Source: a virus (taxonomy: Duplodnaviria > Caudoviricetes). From it: 64,000 bases of DNA. A model generated the notes under the pieces. The model searched no databases. It worked only from the letters and a program-made list of their open reading frames with translations, and was not told the DNA's origin. The stretch's first letter is position 1. Each line of letters starts with the position of its first letter. The stretch is taken from the IMG/VR virus record IMGVR_UViG_3300033074_001927, positions 1 to 64,000 of that record; one strand, written 5' to 3'. Position numbers and translations under genes: made by a program. Below, piece by piece: positions 53,950 through 63,700 of the stretch.

Positions 53950-54276
53950 TTAAAATGGCAGCGTCCAATCTTTCTTTATTACGATAGAAAAAAAGTTTGG
54001 CGATTCTTCTGAACCAATATTACATGTTACTATGTTGCCAGAAGATAGGTCTGAATTGCGAACACAATCTAATTTTTTTCTAGTAATCTCTGGTGGCTCA
54101 CCATTTATTTTTGCAGCAATACGAATGCGCCTCAGTGTATCTTTGATGTCTATATCGCACGCGTCTGTTTGCGGCTGGTTGCCAACCGTAGTAACATGCC
54201 TGGCTGGCTCTGACAATTCATTAGAAGCCCCCTGTTGAACAGTAAAATGCTCATTGGGTACTTGTGCACACGGCAC
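53950..54276 (-). CDS. Hypothetical protein (end of structural block)
   Basis: AGGAG SD before GTG. Confidence 0.65.
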   Translation of the reverse strand: MPCAQVPNEHFTVQQGASNELSEPARHVTTVGNQPQTDACDIDIKDTLRRIRIAAKINGEPPEITRKKLDCVRNSDLSSGNIVTCNIGSEESPNFFSIVIKKDWTLPF

Positions 54277-54311
54277 TCCTGTTAATTTTGGCCTTCACCT
54301 TCTTTTGGACA

Positions 54312-56105
54312 TTATTTTGCTCCGCAATTACCGAACTTTGTTGTTGGAACTGGTGGAGGGTCATTATCGCAAGCGCGACCAGCGACAAAGTTCTCATCAT
54401 CCATGCACGGCCCCTGAAGGTGTGTTCCGTGACAAATAGCGCAGTCTAGTGCTGGAACTCTGCCAAGAGTTAGTGTGCAACTTCCAACACTTATTCCGCC
54501 AAGAGGTAGATTTATTACTGGACCTGACTGTCCACCAATAATAGGTGAAAACAGTTCCGCCTCGCATCCACAGAATTCTAGTGCGGCCTTTATATTTGCA
54601 ACAAGCTGGTTCATGGCTGTTTGAACGTCGGACTTCAGCTTACTTATCTTGTCATTTGTTGAAACTATTACTTGATTAACATAGGTTGTGGTAGATGCGG
54701 CCAATCCCTGAACCTCTCTATTCAAGCAGTCAATGGCCACACCAACGCTAAGAAAATTGCCATCAATGGCACCCTTAAGATTTTCTGTATAGCGAGTTAT
54801 TTCATTACAAGTCTCACTAATTCTTACCGCCAAATTGATGTCGTTTTGTACAAACTTTAAGAAGTGTTGGCCGACTAGCTCGCACTCATCTATTTTTATT
54901 GCAGGAACCCACATTCTATCGGGTTCATCCGAAACTGGACCGGCTGGCAAGTCTCTTGGGTCAGATCCGGCAGATTCGCAATAGTTAAGACTGACATCCA
55001 TCCACAACATTTCACCAACAAAATATTTACCACTGTTTGGCTTGCAACACACATCTTCTTCTGATGCTTTGGCTCCAAACTTTATTGGCCCGTCTTTTCC
55101 AATTTCTTGAAAGAAATGAACTGTGGTGCGTATGTCTATGGCCTCTCCATCACCCGTTATTTCTCCACCTACGCTACATTCTTCTCCTTTTGGATGCAAG
55201 TCATCATCTGTTGATATAGAGTGAGGTATGATAAAGACGCTTGACAGGCTTGCCGCACCATTCTCTTCTTCATCGAAAAGTCTGTGCGTTAGTTTTGTCA
55301 TTACCTCTGCTGTCTGGGCTCCCTGAGTTCTTCCATTAGTTGCAGACTTCTCAAAAGTCTTTCTTACCCACCAAACGTCTTCTAGACGCCCCCTAATAAA
55401 TGGGTAGCCCTGATCGCTGTCAGGGTTCGTGCCAAACACCCACGTACCAATGCCGACATCTTGGTTGTCAGCAACCAGGTCGTTGTAGGCCGACCACACA
55501 CCTCTTCTGTAGTCCCATCGATAATCAACCGGGCCAAACTTCCATGTTTCACGAGCCAGCTTATGAACCTCGTCATTTCTCCTGCCTGTGGAGTCCTCAG
55601 ATGTTTGTGGATCTGTTGGAAGACCATCAATCGTTCTTCCCCACCCACCAGCGATGGAAGGTATTCTTACTCCGATACCTCTTACGCCAGTTATAGATCC
55701 GTATGTTTCCTCGTCATCATATTCTTCTATGGTTGGTTTGCTGACAAGCATGGAGATTTGTTGAATATCTGCCTCGTCTGTTGATACAGGTATCCATGTA
55801 TTGTTGTCGAAGGCATTAGATGAGCCGTCTCTATATATGCCGTTCAGACTTATTGAATCTATTGCTTCCTGAATTTTCTGGCCATTTATTATTGCCATTG
55901 TAGAGTCTAAAGAGGCGCCAAACGTAGATTGCCATGCGTCTGTAAATATTCCTGGCGGATTAAGGTCCACATACATTGGAGGGCCGTTTGGTACAAGCTT
56001 GCCAGCAGTTGTTTGCTGAGCAACGCTTGGCTGTCGTCCGCTAATGGCGTAAGAAGCTCTGTTGTAATCTAGACCGTATAGAAAGTCTCTATTTACATTA
56101 TCCAA
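54312..56105 (-). CDS. Putative tail/baseplate spike-like protein with coiled coil and Cys-rich C-terminus
   Basis: GWG.T.DG.P and W.FGP.D.RWD..RGVW motifs; coiled coil in C-terminal third; context. Confidence 0.55.
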   Translation of the reverse strand: MDNVNRDFLYGLDYNRASYAISGRQPSVAQQTTAGKLVPNGPPMYVDLNPPGIFTDAWQSTFGASLDSTMAIINGQKIQEAIDSISLNGIYRDGSSNAFDNNTWIPVSTDEADIQQISMLVSKPTIEEYDDEETYGSITGVRGIGVRIPSIAGGWGRTIDGLPTDPQTSEDSTGRRNDEVHKLARETWKFGPVDYRWDYRRGVWSAYNDLVADNQDVGIGTWVFGTNPDSDQGYPFIRGRLEDVWWVRKTFEKSATNGRTQGAQTAEVMTKLTHRLFDEEENGAASLSSVFIIPHSISTDDDLHPKGEECSVGGEITGDGEAIDIRTTVHFFQEIGKDGPIKFGAKASEEDVCCKPNSGKYFVGEMLWMDVSLNYCESAGSDPRDLPAGPVSDEPDRMWVPAIKIDECELVGQHFLKFVQNDINLAVRISETCNEITRYTENLKGAIDGNFLSVGVAIDCLNREVQGLAASTTTYVNQVIVSTNDKISKLKSDVQTAMNQLVANIKAALEFCGCEAELFSPIIGGQSGPVINLPLGGISVGSCTLTLGRVPALDCAICHGTHLQGPCMDDENFVAGRACDNDPPPVPTTKFGNCGAK

Positions 56106-58704
56106 AGGTAAACGCTCCTCCTCTCATTGGATTCCCACCATTTCCATTGAGAGGCTGTTTATTGACGGGCACATTGTAAGAAGACATAAAGTTAGTAAGA
56201 CGCTCTGGCAATATTCTGGCACCACCGCTATTTAGAAACAGAGCAATAGTAGCCCAGTCTTCTTTTGTCAGCTCTCCAAATTTCCTTGTATATGACTGTA
56301 ACTGGTATGTTGTTGTACATCCACCGTCAGTGCTAAAAGTCATTGAAATAGAACTTATGTTAGAATTTCTATCAACAGCTTGTCCAAGAGTATATTTTGG
56401 ATATGATTCCACTGCTATTGTGCCAGAGAACAGCTCTTTTTGTGCAGACGCAATGTTGTCAACCTTGGCTTGCATGGCAAGAGCCATGAGCGATATTGAA
56501 CCAAATTCCCACGGAGCAAACCCATCATCCTGAATAACTTCAAGACGACCGAACTCTATTTCATTGATGCGCGACGGAAATATTGGACCATAGCGCAAAT
56601 ATCTAGAACGGGTCGGTATGTATACGTTAACTGGTTGGTATGCCTTTGGATGACTTATTGTAAACCCAGGGCCAACAACGGATGCTATGTTTTGCGCTAT
56701 CTTGCTTACAACAAATGCCTGGTTTCCATCTGCCTCCACGCCTATCACGTCTTCGTTATTTACTTCATTTCCGCCATTTATTCTTGCCTGTATCGCAGAG
56801 ATTTTTGCCACAACGCTTGTTCTTTGAGAACTAACTCTATCCAGCTCTCTTATTTTGAGAGTTCTCTTAGTTCCATCTAGAAGTTCATCAATCTCAGCAT
56901 TAAGATCTCTTTGCCTGATCGCTAGAGATTCCTCCCTCTCTTGTAGTGCGCTTAATTTTGATAGCAGATAGTTTGATGTGTCAGACTCAGCTATGTTTAT
57001 TATTTGCTTAAGTGCATCGTCAGCCGATGGATCTAGAGTTTTTTCCGTAATTGGTGACTCTATTCTCACAACGCCATCCTTATCTATTGTGCATGCAACA
57101 AATATGGATGTTGTTGGAGATGCTGCCTCGTAAGTATAGTGGGACTTATCCATTTTTATTACATAGTTGGTAGGATCGAGTACGTCGTTTTCCATTCGTA
57201 TGATGGCATTATTTGGCTCGACGCCAGTATTTTCGAAGGTTTTGCCATAGGAGGTTATGTTTCGGAAAACAACACTATCTCCAAAAGATTCTCTAGGAGT
57301 GGATATAACATTTATTACTCCTGTAGGCGCTCCATACAAGAACTCTACAAATGCCCTCGTCCTACCATCTTCCTGTCTAAAATATTCTAGTGGGTTGTTG
57401 TTAAAGCTAGTTGCATCTCTTGTCCAACACGATTCTATGATTTCATCAAAAACATCCTCGTGAACAAAACGCTTACCATATGTTGATGTCGCATGTCCGC
57501 TTAGCTTTTCATAAACCTTTCCCACCACCTCTGAAAAGTCCGTTTGCAGATCCCTAGTTTTTCTATTTTTGTTTTTGAAAAGATTGTTAACGCTTACATT
57601 TTCTTGAACATCTGCAAGATTTGGTATTATTGTTTTTGCATACGAGTCTAACAGCGTCCCACCATACCTAGAGAATCCACCACCTCCTCCGCTTTCTGCC
57701 GGTATTGTTATCCACGCCTCCCACGACTGCTTACCTCCTAGAACAGCCCTCATTTCATCTTCGGTCATCAGGTACGCAGCAGATCCGCTCTCCTGACTAA
57801 GATCTAGAGGCTCATTAGCAAGTCCAGCTATCGGAACTCTTTTAATAGATTCTATAGCAGCCCCAAGCAAAACCGCACATGCAGAGTCGGTCTTGAGTTC
57901 AACTCCAGACGTTGCAGTAATTACCTTTTCTGGATGATCGTCTAAAAATTCTTGCAAACTAAGTTCTATATTGTCTTCTTTTCTATCTATTACCTTAACT
58001 GTAACAACAATTGTGTTATTTACCACAGAGCTTTCAACAAACCAGTCAAAAGAGTTCTTTTGTGCAATGTCTTCAATGACAGAAGATAGCGGCGAAAAGT
58101 TGGTATTGATTAAAAAGTCGCCAGACACATAGTTGTCAACTTCACTTAAATCGAAACTGTATGTGTCTCCCAAGATATTTACTGTCTGCTGCGGGAAGCT
58201 AAATGTAAAATTACCAATAGTAAGCGAGCCACCGCTTATTGCTTTTGAAAAGCTTCTATATGGCATTCCAGCCTGTGTCCAACCAGAAAAGTTCCAGGCT
58301 TGAGCATCTACGCTAAATGCTCCAAATACATCTATAAGTTTACAGTTAGTATTTCTTACGCCATCTATTATAGCGCTTGATCCTGGATTGATAATAACAG
58401 GTAGGTTAGACATTATTTGTCGTGGATCGCTAATATTTATTCTTATAAATCTACCACCAACATTCCTTAAGTCCAGATCATATTTTGTTATGATTCCACC
58501 AAAGCTCCAATTATTCCCAACTTCTACTGTGTAGTATCTGCCAACCTCTGGGTGCTGGAAAGCAAAGCCGTTCTGAGGGTCTTCGGCCAATGTGACGGTT
58601 ATTGAACTAGGGTTGCTTGAAAAACCAGTATTTGCGCTAATATGCTTAATATATGCGCCTAAAAACGTTGGTGGAGAATTCAGTCCAAGAGTTGTTACTG
58701 TCAT
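56098..58704 (-). CDS. Putative baseplate hub/tail protein
   Basis: TFLGA.I, FGGII, SDPR, FDWFV, YGP, APWEFG, ISSIS..F..DGG.TT.Y.L beta-rich architecture; coiled-coil insert. Confidence 0.55.
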   Translation of the reverse strand: MTVTTLGLNSPPTFLGAYIKHISANTGFSSNPSSITVTLAEDPQNGFAFQHPEVGRYYTVEVGNNWSFGGIITKYDLDLRNVGGRFIRINISDPRQIMSNLPVIINPGSSAIIDGVRNTNCKLIDVFGAFSVDAQAWNFSGWTQAGMPYRSFSKAISGGSLTIGNFTFSFPQQTVNILGDTYSFDLSEVDNYVSGDFLINTNFSPLSSVIEDIAQKNSFDWFVESSVVNNTIVVTVKVIDRKEDNIELSLQEFLDDHPEKVITATSGVELKTDSACAVLLGAAIESIKRVPIAGLANEPLDLSQESGSAAYLMTEDEMRAVLGGKQSWEAWITIPAESGGGGGFSRYGGTLLDSYAKTIIPNLADVQENVSVNNLFKNKNRKTRDLQTDFSEVVGKVYEKLSGHATSTYGKRFVHEDVFDEIIESCWTRDATSFNNNPLEYFRQEDGRTRAFVEFLYGAPTGVINVISTPRESFGDSVVFRNITSYGKTFENTGVEPNNAIIRMENDVLDPTNYVIKMDKSHYTYEAASPTTSIFVACTIDKDGVVRIESPITEKTLDPSADDALKQIINIAESDTSNYLLSKLSALQEREESLAIRQRDLNAEIDELLDGTKRTLKIRELDRVSSQRTSVVAKISAIQARINGGNEVNNEDVIGVEADGNQAFVVSKIAQNIASVVGPGFTISHPKAYQPVNVYIPTRSRYLRYGPIFPSRINEIEFGRLEVIQDDGFAPWEFGSISLMALAMQAKVDNIASAQKELFSGTIAVESYPKYTLGQAVDRNSNISSISMTFSTDGGCTTTYQLQSYTRKFGELTKEDWATIALFLNSGGARILPERLTNFMSSYNVPVNKQPLNGNGGNPMRGGAFTFG

Positions 58705-60692
58705 GTTTGAGTATGCGTCCAGGAAACGTTACGAGTAAATACCAGGGTTCGTTTATTAAATGTATACTGATCAGCTGTCTTAAACACCCCAGAGGCTATC
58801 GGTTTCTCGCCCCTCGAGTGTTCAAGCATTGTGTTGTTTACCAAAATATCAGATTCGGATAGTGCAGCAAGCTCCAATTGATATTGAGTGGCCGTTGATA
58901 TTGGTCCACAGGTTATTCCGCTTGGGGTCATACTATATTGGATACGTAGACGTTTTTCTCTCTGCGTAACTGTACCTTGGTCCTGCAATATTGGACCGGT
59001 AGACTTGAGTGGTATTGGAATAATCGCAATAACCTGTCCAGGAAGTTGATAATCAACCTCAATGACTTCGTCAGAAATAAGTGGATTGTCTGACAGGTAT
59101 CTATTGTCATACCTGTAGTCGTATGTAACTATGCCTCCGCGCTTATTGTACCCGATCGTTGTGCTTATTGGATTTATTCCAAGACACGATCCGCTTGGAA
59201 TAAGGTCTTCTGCTCTTCCGCGAATAAGCGGCATGATTGTGTTGTAAAATGCGCCAGAAGCGTTAGTGAATCTGTCTGTAGAAGATGTAGAACTTTCTGG
59301 CGAAAGTCCATATACACTACCATTTATGCTTATTGTTACTGTAGCAGTTTCTATGTTTTGTTCCCTGCTTGACTGCCACTCTTCCCAATATCCAGATACG
59401 CTTTGGTCTCTGTATACTTTTGTCAGACTAAAACTTTTTTGCAGATCATCTCTTTCTGCACTAACAGATTCTATATTACCAGAATAGGAGCTAGAAAAAT
59501 ACGGTTCTATATAACTATCAATTGGGTAGTTATTAGCGACACAGTAATTAATGGCGTGCTCTATGCCAGACGTGCTGGACAGGGAGACTCTTGCGGATGT
59601 TGTAACAGACTGAGTAACACTACCATCATCATTGCGCGTTAGTGAGCGCGTTATTGCCCTATCTTGTAGCGGGTCTTGCTGATCAACACCATAGTCTACT
59701 GAGTATGTTACCGTGCCTGCAAACCTGTTATCGGACCTGCTCTTGCTTAAGATGCCCGTAGTACTATAGAAGCTTATTTGTGGAGCTACAATGTCTTCAA
59801 ATGCAGTAATGGCGTTGTCTAGGCGAGAGAATGTATCGTCTCCGTAGCCTTGCACTGTTCCATTGACCGCAGTAGACAGTTGTAGTATCCCACTACCAGT
59901 CAGCTCCCATGAGCTCTCTATGGTCCTGTCGTCTTTATAGTTTCCAGAACTTAATACCCAGCTCTCATCTATAGAATATGATCCGGCCGTAGTGTCTGAG
60001 TTTTCAGAACGAGTATGATTGAACTCAAACAGATTGTCTACATCTAATATTGAAGAAGTGTAGGGGCTTTTAATAAAAAAGCTTAGTGTTTTGTCTATGG
60101 TATTTGATCTAGATAAAACAAAATCTTTTGCATTCTCTAATGCGCCAGTTGGTGCTCCAATGTCATTTATGCCAACAGCGCTTATTGAGTGAGTTACAGT
60201 TACGGTATCATCGTCTTGTTGCTGAAATGCCCAAGTATCAGAGAATGTACTTATCCTTGCGTCGGCGTCTGAATAATGTTCTGTAGAAAATGCAACAGTA
60301 TAGTCGCGCTTAGTAACAATTTGACTTAGATCAAAGTTTATAGAATCTACTCTTACATGTTCCGAAAGAACGGCATAACCAGATGCATCTACGATAAGAA
60401 GATTTCCATAGTCTTCATCTAGAGCCGATTTTAGCTGATCGCTTTTACGATCCAATAGCTCAAGACATGTTGCTTCAGAATTTACACCAGACAACTCTGG
60501 AAGGTCTGGAAGTAACGTGCCTTCAAACGTAAATGTCTTTGTAGTCGCAATCCTTCTTTGCTCGCCATCTATAATGAGAGATGTAGATTCAACGTCTTCT
60601 GACATGAACGGAACCGGACTGAAACAGTAGGCCAGCCCATCTGACCGCCTAATGTAATACATTCTTGTTCCAGAATTAAAATTTACAGGCAT
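58701..60692 (-). CDS. Putative tail/baseplate structural protein
   Basis: S/T-rich repeated beta modules (TV.YS.DY, V.YDY.YD); context. Confidence 0.55.
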   Translation of the reverse strand: MPVNFNSGTRMYYIRRSDGLAYCFSPVPFMSEDVESTSLIIDGEQRRIATTKTFTFEGTLLPDLPELSGVNSEATCLELLDRKSDQLKSALDEDYGNLLIVDASGYAVLSEHVRVDSINFDLSQIVTKRDYTVAFSTEHYSDADARISTFSDTWAFQQQDDDTVTVTHSISAVGINDIGAPTGALENAKDFVLSRSNTIDKTLSFFIKSPYTSSILDVDNLFEFNHTRSENSDTTAGSYSIDESWVLSSGNYKDDRTIESSWELTGSGILQLSTAVNGTVQGYGDDTFSRLDNAITAFEDIVAPQISFYSTTGILSKSRSDNRFAGTVTYSVDYGVDQQDPLQDRAITRSLTRNDDGSVTQSVTTSARVSLSSTSGIEHAINYCVANNYPIDSYIEPYFSSSYSGNIESVSAERDDLQKSFSLTKVYRDQSVSGYWEEWQSSREQNIETATVTISINGSVYGLSPESSTSSTDRFTNASGAFYNTIMPLIRGRAEDLIPSGSCLGINPISTTIGYNKRGGIVTYDYRYDNRYLSDNPLISDEVIEVDYQLPGQVIAIIPIPLKSTGPILQDQGTVTQREKRLRIQYSMTPSGITCGPISTATQYQLELAALSESDILVNNTMLEHSRGEKPIASGVFKTADQYTFNKRTLVFTRNVSWTHTQT

Positions 60693-60700
60693 TTGATCAC

Positions 60701-63700
60701 CTAGTTAAAGAAATTTCCTGTTGGTATAGACGCAACTAAGGTAGCAGGTAGTGGGAAGTAGTTGTGCGCAGGACACGCCTCTTTACTATTAACTCCGCTT
60801 GTTGTTCCTATCATTGTTCCGTATATGGTTGATATGGGGAAGTTTGACCCAATAACGAATCCATTAATGCTATCGCTAAATGTTCCACTAATGCCAAAAA
60901 GCCATCCATTTATTTCGTCTCCAACAAATCCGGCCCCACTCATGTATGCATTTATTGAACTAGCCGCTTCTTCATGCCCAACCAAGAATCCATGTATTAT
61001 AGAATCGTCAGCTCCTGCGGATACGTATCCAAAAATATGCTCCCAATAACCTGGCGGCGCCATTAGATAACCATTTATTTGCTGAAATCCATCATGTGCC
61101 TTTAGATAGCCATTAATCCAGTTGGTGCCTGGAATGACATTTGATGTTGAAGAACCTCCACCTCCTGGGCCTCCACCAACCAATCCACCTCCACTAGGAA
61201 CTAGCGCCTCACTGCCCAAATATCCCCATATACTAGATATTGGATAGTTGCCCATCAAATACCCGTTTATACTAACGCTTTCCAAATCCTCCGCGCTCAA
61301 ATAACCATTTATTATTGACTGTGGTCCAATAAAAAACTCGCCATTTCCATTCCAGCCAGGTAAATACGAATTTATATAGCTTACATCTCCAGAGGGTGTA
61401 AACATATATCCATTTATTACTTGATCGCCAATGCCAAAACGAGCATTAAGATAACCAGCTATGCTACCACTAAATACACTTTGGCCATATGTATTCACTA
61501 TGCCATTTATATAACTCTCGGCATCAAAAGCTTTTACATAACCGAATATTTGATTTTGTCCGCTTGGTATGTCTCCTGGTGCTGATGCGCCGATAATATA
61601 GCCATTTATTCCTTGATCCCAGTTTGCAAGTAAAATTCCATTGATGTTAGATTCATCCCATCCAGTCCAAACAAGCATGTAACCATTTATGGATCCAGTT
61701 GGATATGTAACAGCAAACTCGCCAGAATTGACTGCAAGCATGTAACCATTTATAGAGCCATCAGTATTGGCATATAAGTAACCGTTTATTGAACTAACAA
61801 AATCTGGATCTACAGCTGATAGTAAATATCCATTAATCGAACTATCGAATGGCGCGCCATACATGTAGCCATAAATTTGTTCTGAATAGTTTGTATTCAT
61901 GTAGCCATTTATGATGCCAGTTGCAACGCCCTGCTCACCTTTTATGAAACCGTTTACGGACCATAGTGGCGGACCCGGCACGCCACTAACATTATCTATC
62001 CAGGCCGCTCCATACGTAAACGGATCAGTCGTAGAGCCCCTTATATATTTCCATCTTGCAGTATATGTTGATGCGTCTAGAGTTGTTGTATGAGTTAGCC
62101 AATTGTTAAATGATCCAGTCACACTAAGATGAACTGTTTCTGTATTAAATTCATCTATTGTAGAAAATTCAAAAACATCATCTTGATTTTGATCAAGCCT
62201 ATAGTCAAACGCTATATACCTCTTGTTGGCATTAAACTCTTCTACGCTAATATCAAGGTCTACCTCTACAACCCCGCTTGAACCAGGATATATCCCGCTT
62301 GATGGTATTGGGCCAACTGGAGAAACTAGTCCCGATGCGTCTGCTGCAGGCTCGCTGATTAACGAAAAACCATCTCCATTTCCGTTTGTTGCGGCCAAAT
62401 AATAAAATAGCCCAGATGGGACTAGGCCATTAGCATATGATGGCTCTTCTTGCGTTGGCAGCACAACGTCATGCGTAAAATCGCCACTAGCTACCGTATA
62501 CCACGTAAAGTCTCCATAAGACCTCCATGTTGCTGGAAGCTCTCCTCGTTTTCTTCTAAACCTCTCTATATATTGGCGACGAACTTGCGGAACGTTAAAA
62601 TATGTATGGTCTGCTGTTGTAGTTTGATGTGCAGTAGTCGAAGGGCCAAACAGCCTTATTTCACTTATTCTTCTGCCGCTAGTTGTATAGGCTGTCGTAA
62701 AATTAAGCCTAACATACCTTGCGCTTATCGGATCAATGAGTTGATAGAATCCCTGCGACCCCGGCTGAACTTCTACTTCTAGCTCATTTGCAGTAAAGCG
62801 CCTAAGCCTAGTTCCAAGACTCGCATTACCAGATGGAATTGTTTGAATATAAGAAAAGTTTGTGCCATCATGCGAGGCATACAGATCTATCTGCCCTATG
62901 TCTCTATTGTTTGTGGCCGCGCTTGAGCTGCTTTGACCAACAATTTCTATTCTATCTATTACTCTACTCTTATCCATTTCAAGAGTTAGATAGCTGCCGC
63001 TACCAACAAGCCCGTAAGTATTCACATCTCCATCAAACATGAGAGGGATGTCTGCATGAAAAAACGCATCTGATACGCCAACAAATATGTTTTCGTCACC
63101 AGAGGTTGCGGTATAATCTATTTGATAGTATGGCTGATTGTAGTGTGAGCGAACGGCAGGAGACTCATCCATGTTCCATATAACTAAATTTGAGCCACTA
63201 GGATAAGTTGATGTATAGCTGTTTGTTACTATTAGTTGAGATTTAAAATCATTACCACTTGGAGCAGTAGGATGCTTAAGAGCCTTGAAGTTTTTATAGA
63301 AGCACCTTCCGTTATATCCACCAGCAACATCATGCGAAACTTGTGACGTAAAACGCATGCCGGATGGATATATGTCGGCAGGAGCCGTATAGATGCGATA
63401 GCTGGTGCCATCATGGAATGGGCGTGAAGCTGTTCTTACGATGCATTGATGGCCGGCACTATTTTTTTGTTGCCAATACCAATACATGTTGCCGTAGCTG
63501 TCAAATGAAAAGTCACAATTTGTTCCAGATCCAGGAAAGTCGCCACCAACGCCATATATACCAGACTGTGGTATTTGGTCCCGCCAATCTATAGTCGCAG
63601 TTTCTACTACCTGCCCATCATAAAGAACGGACGACCTGGAGTCTAGGCGCGTAAATGTTTGACCTCCGCTAATTTGATAGTTTCCCCACAAATCATTGCC

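Noticed and set aside
54405-54450. CxxCH (CAICH) as a c-type heme site
   Set aside because: Single motif in a Cys-rich structural-context protein with no export signal
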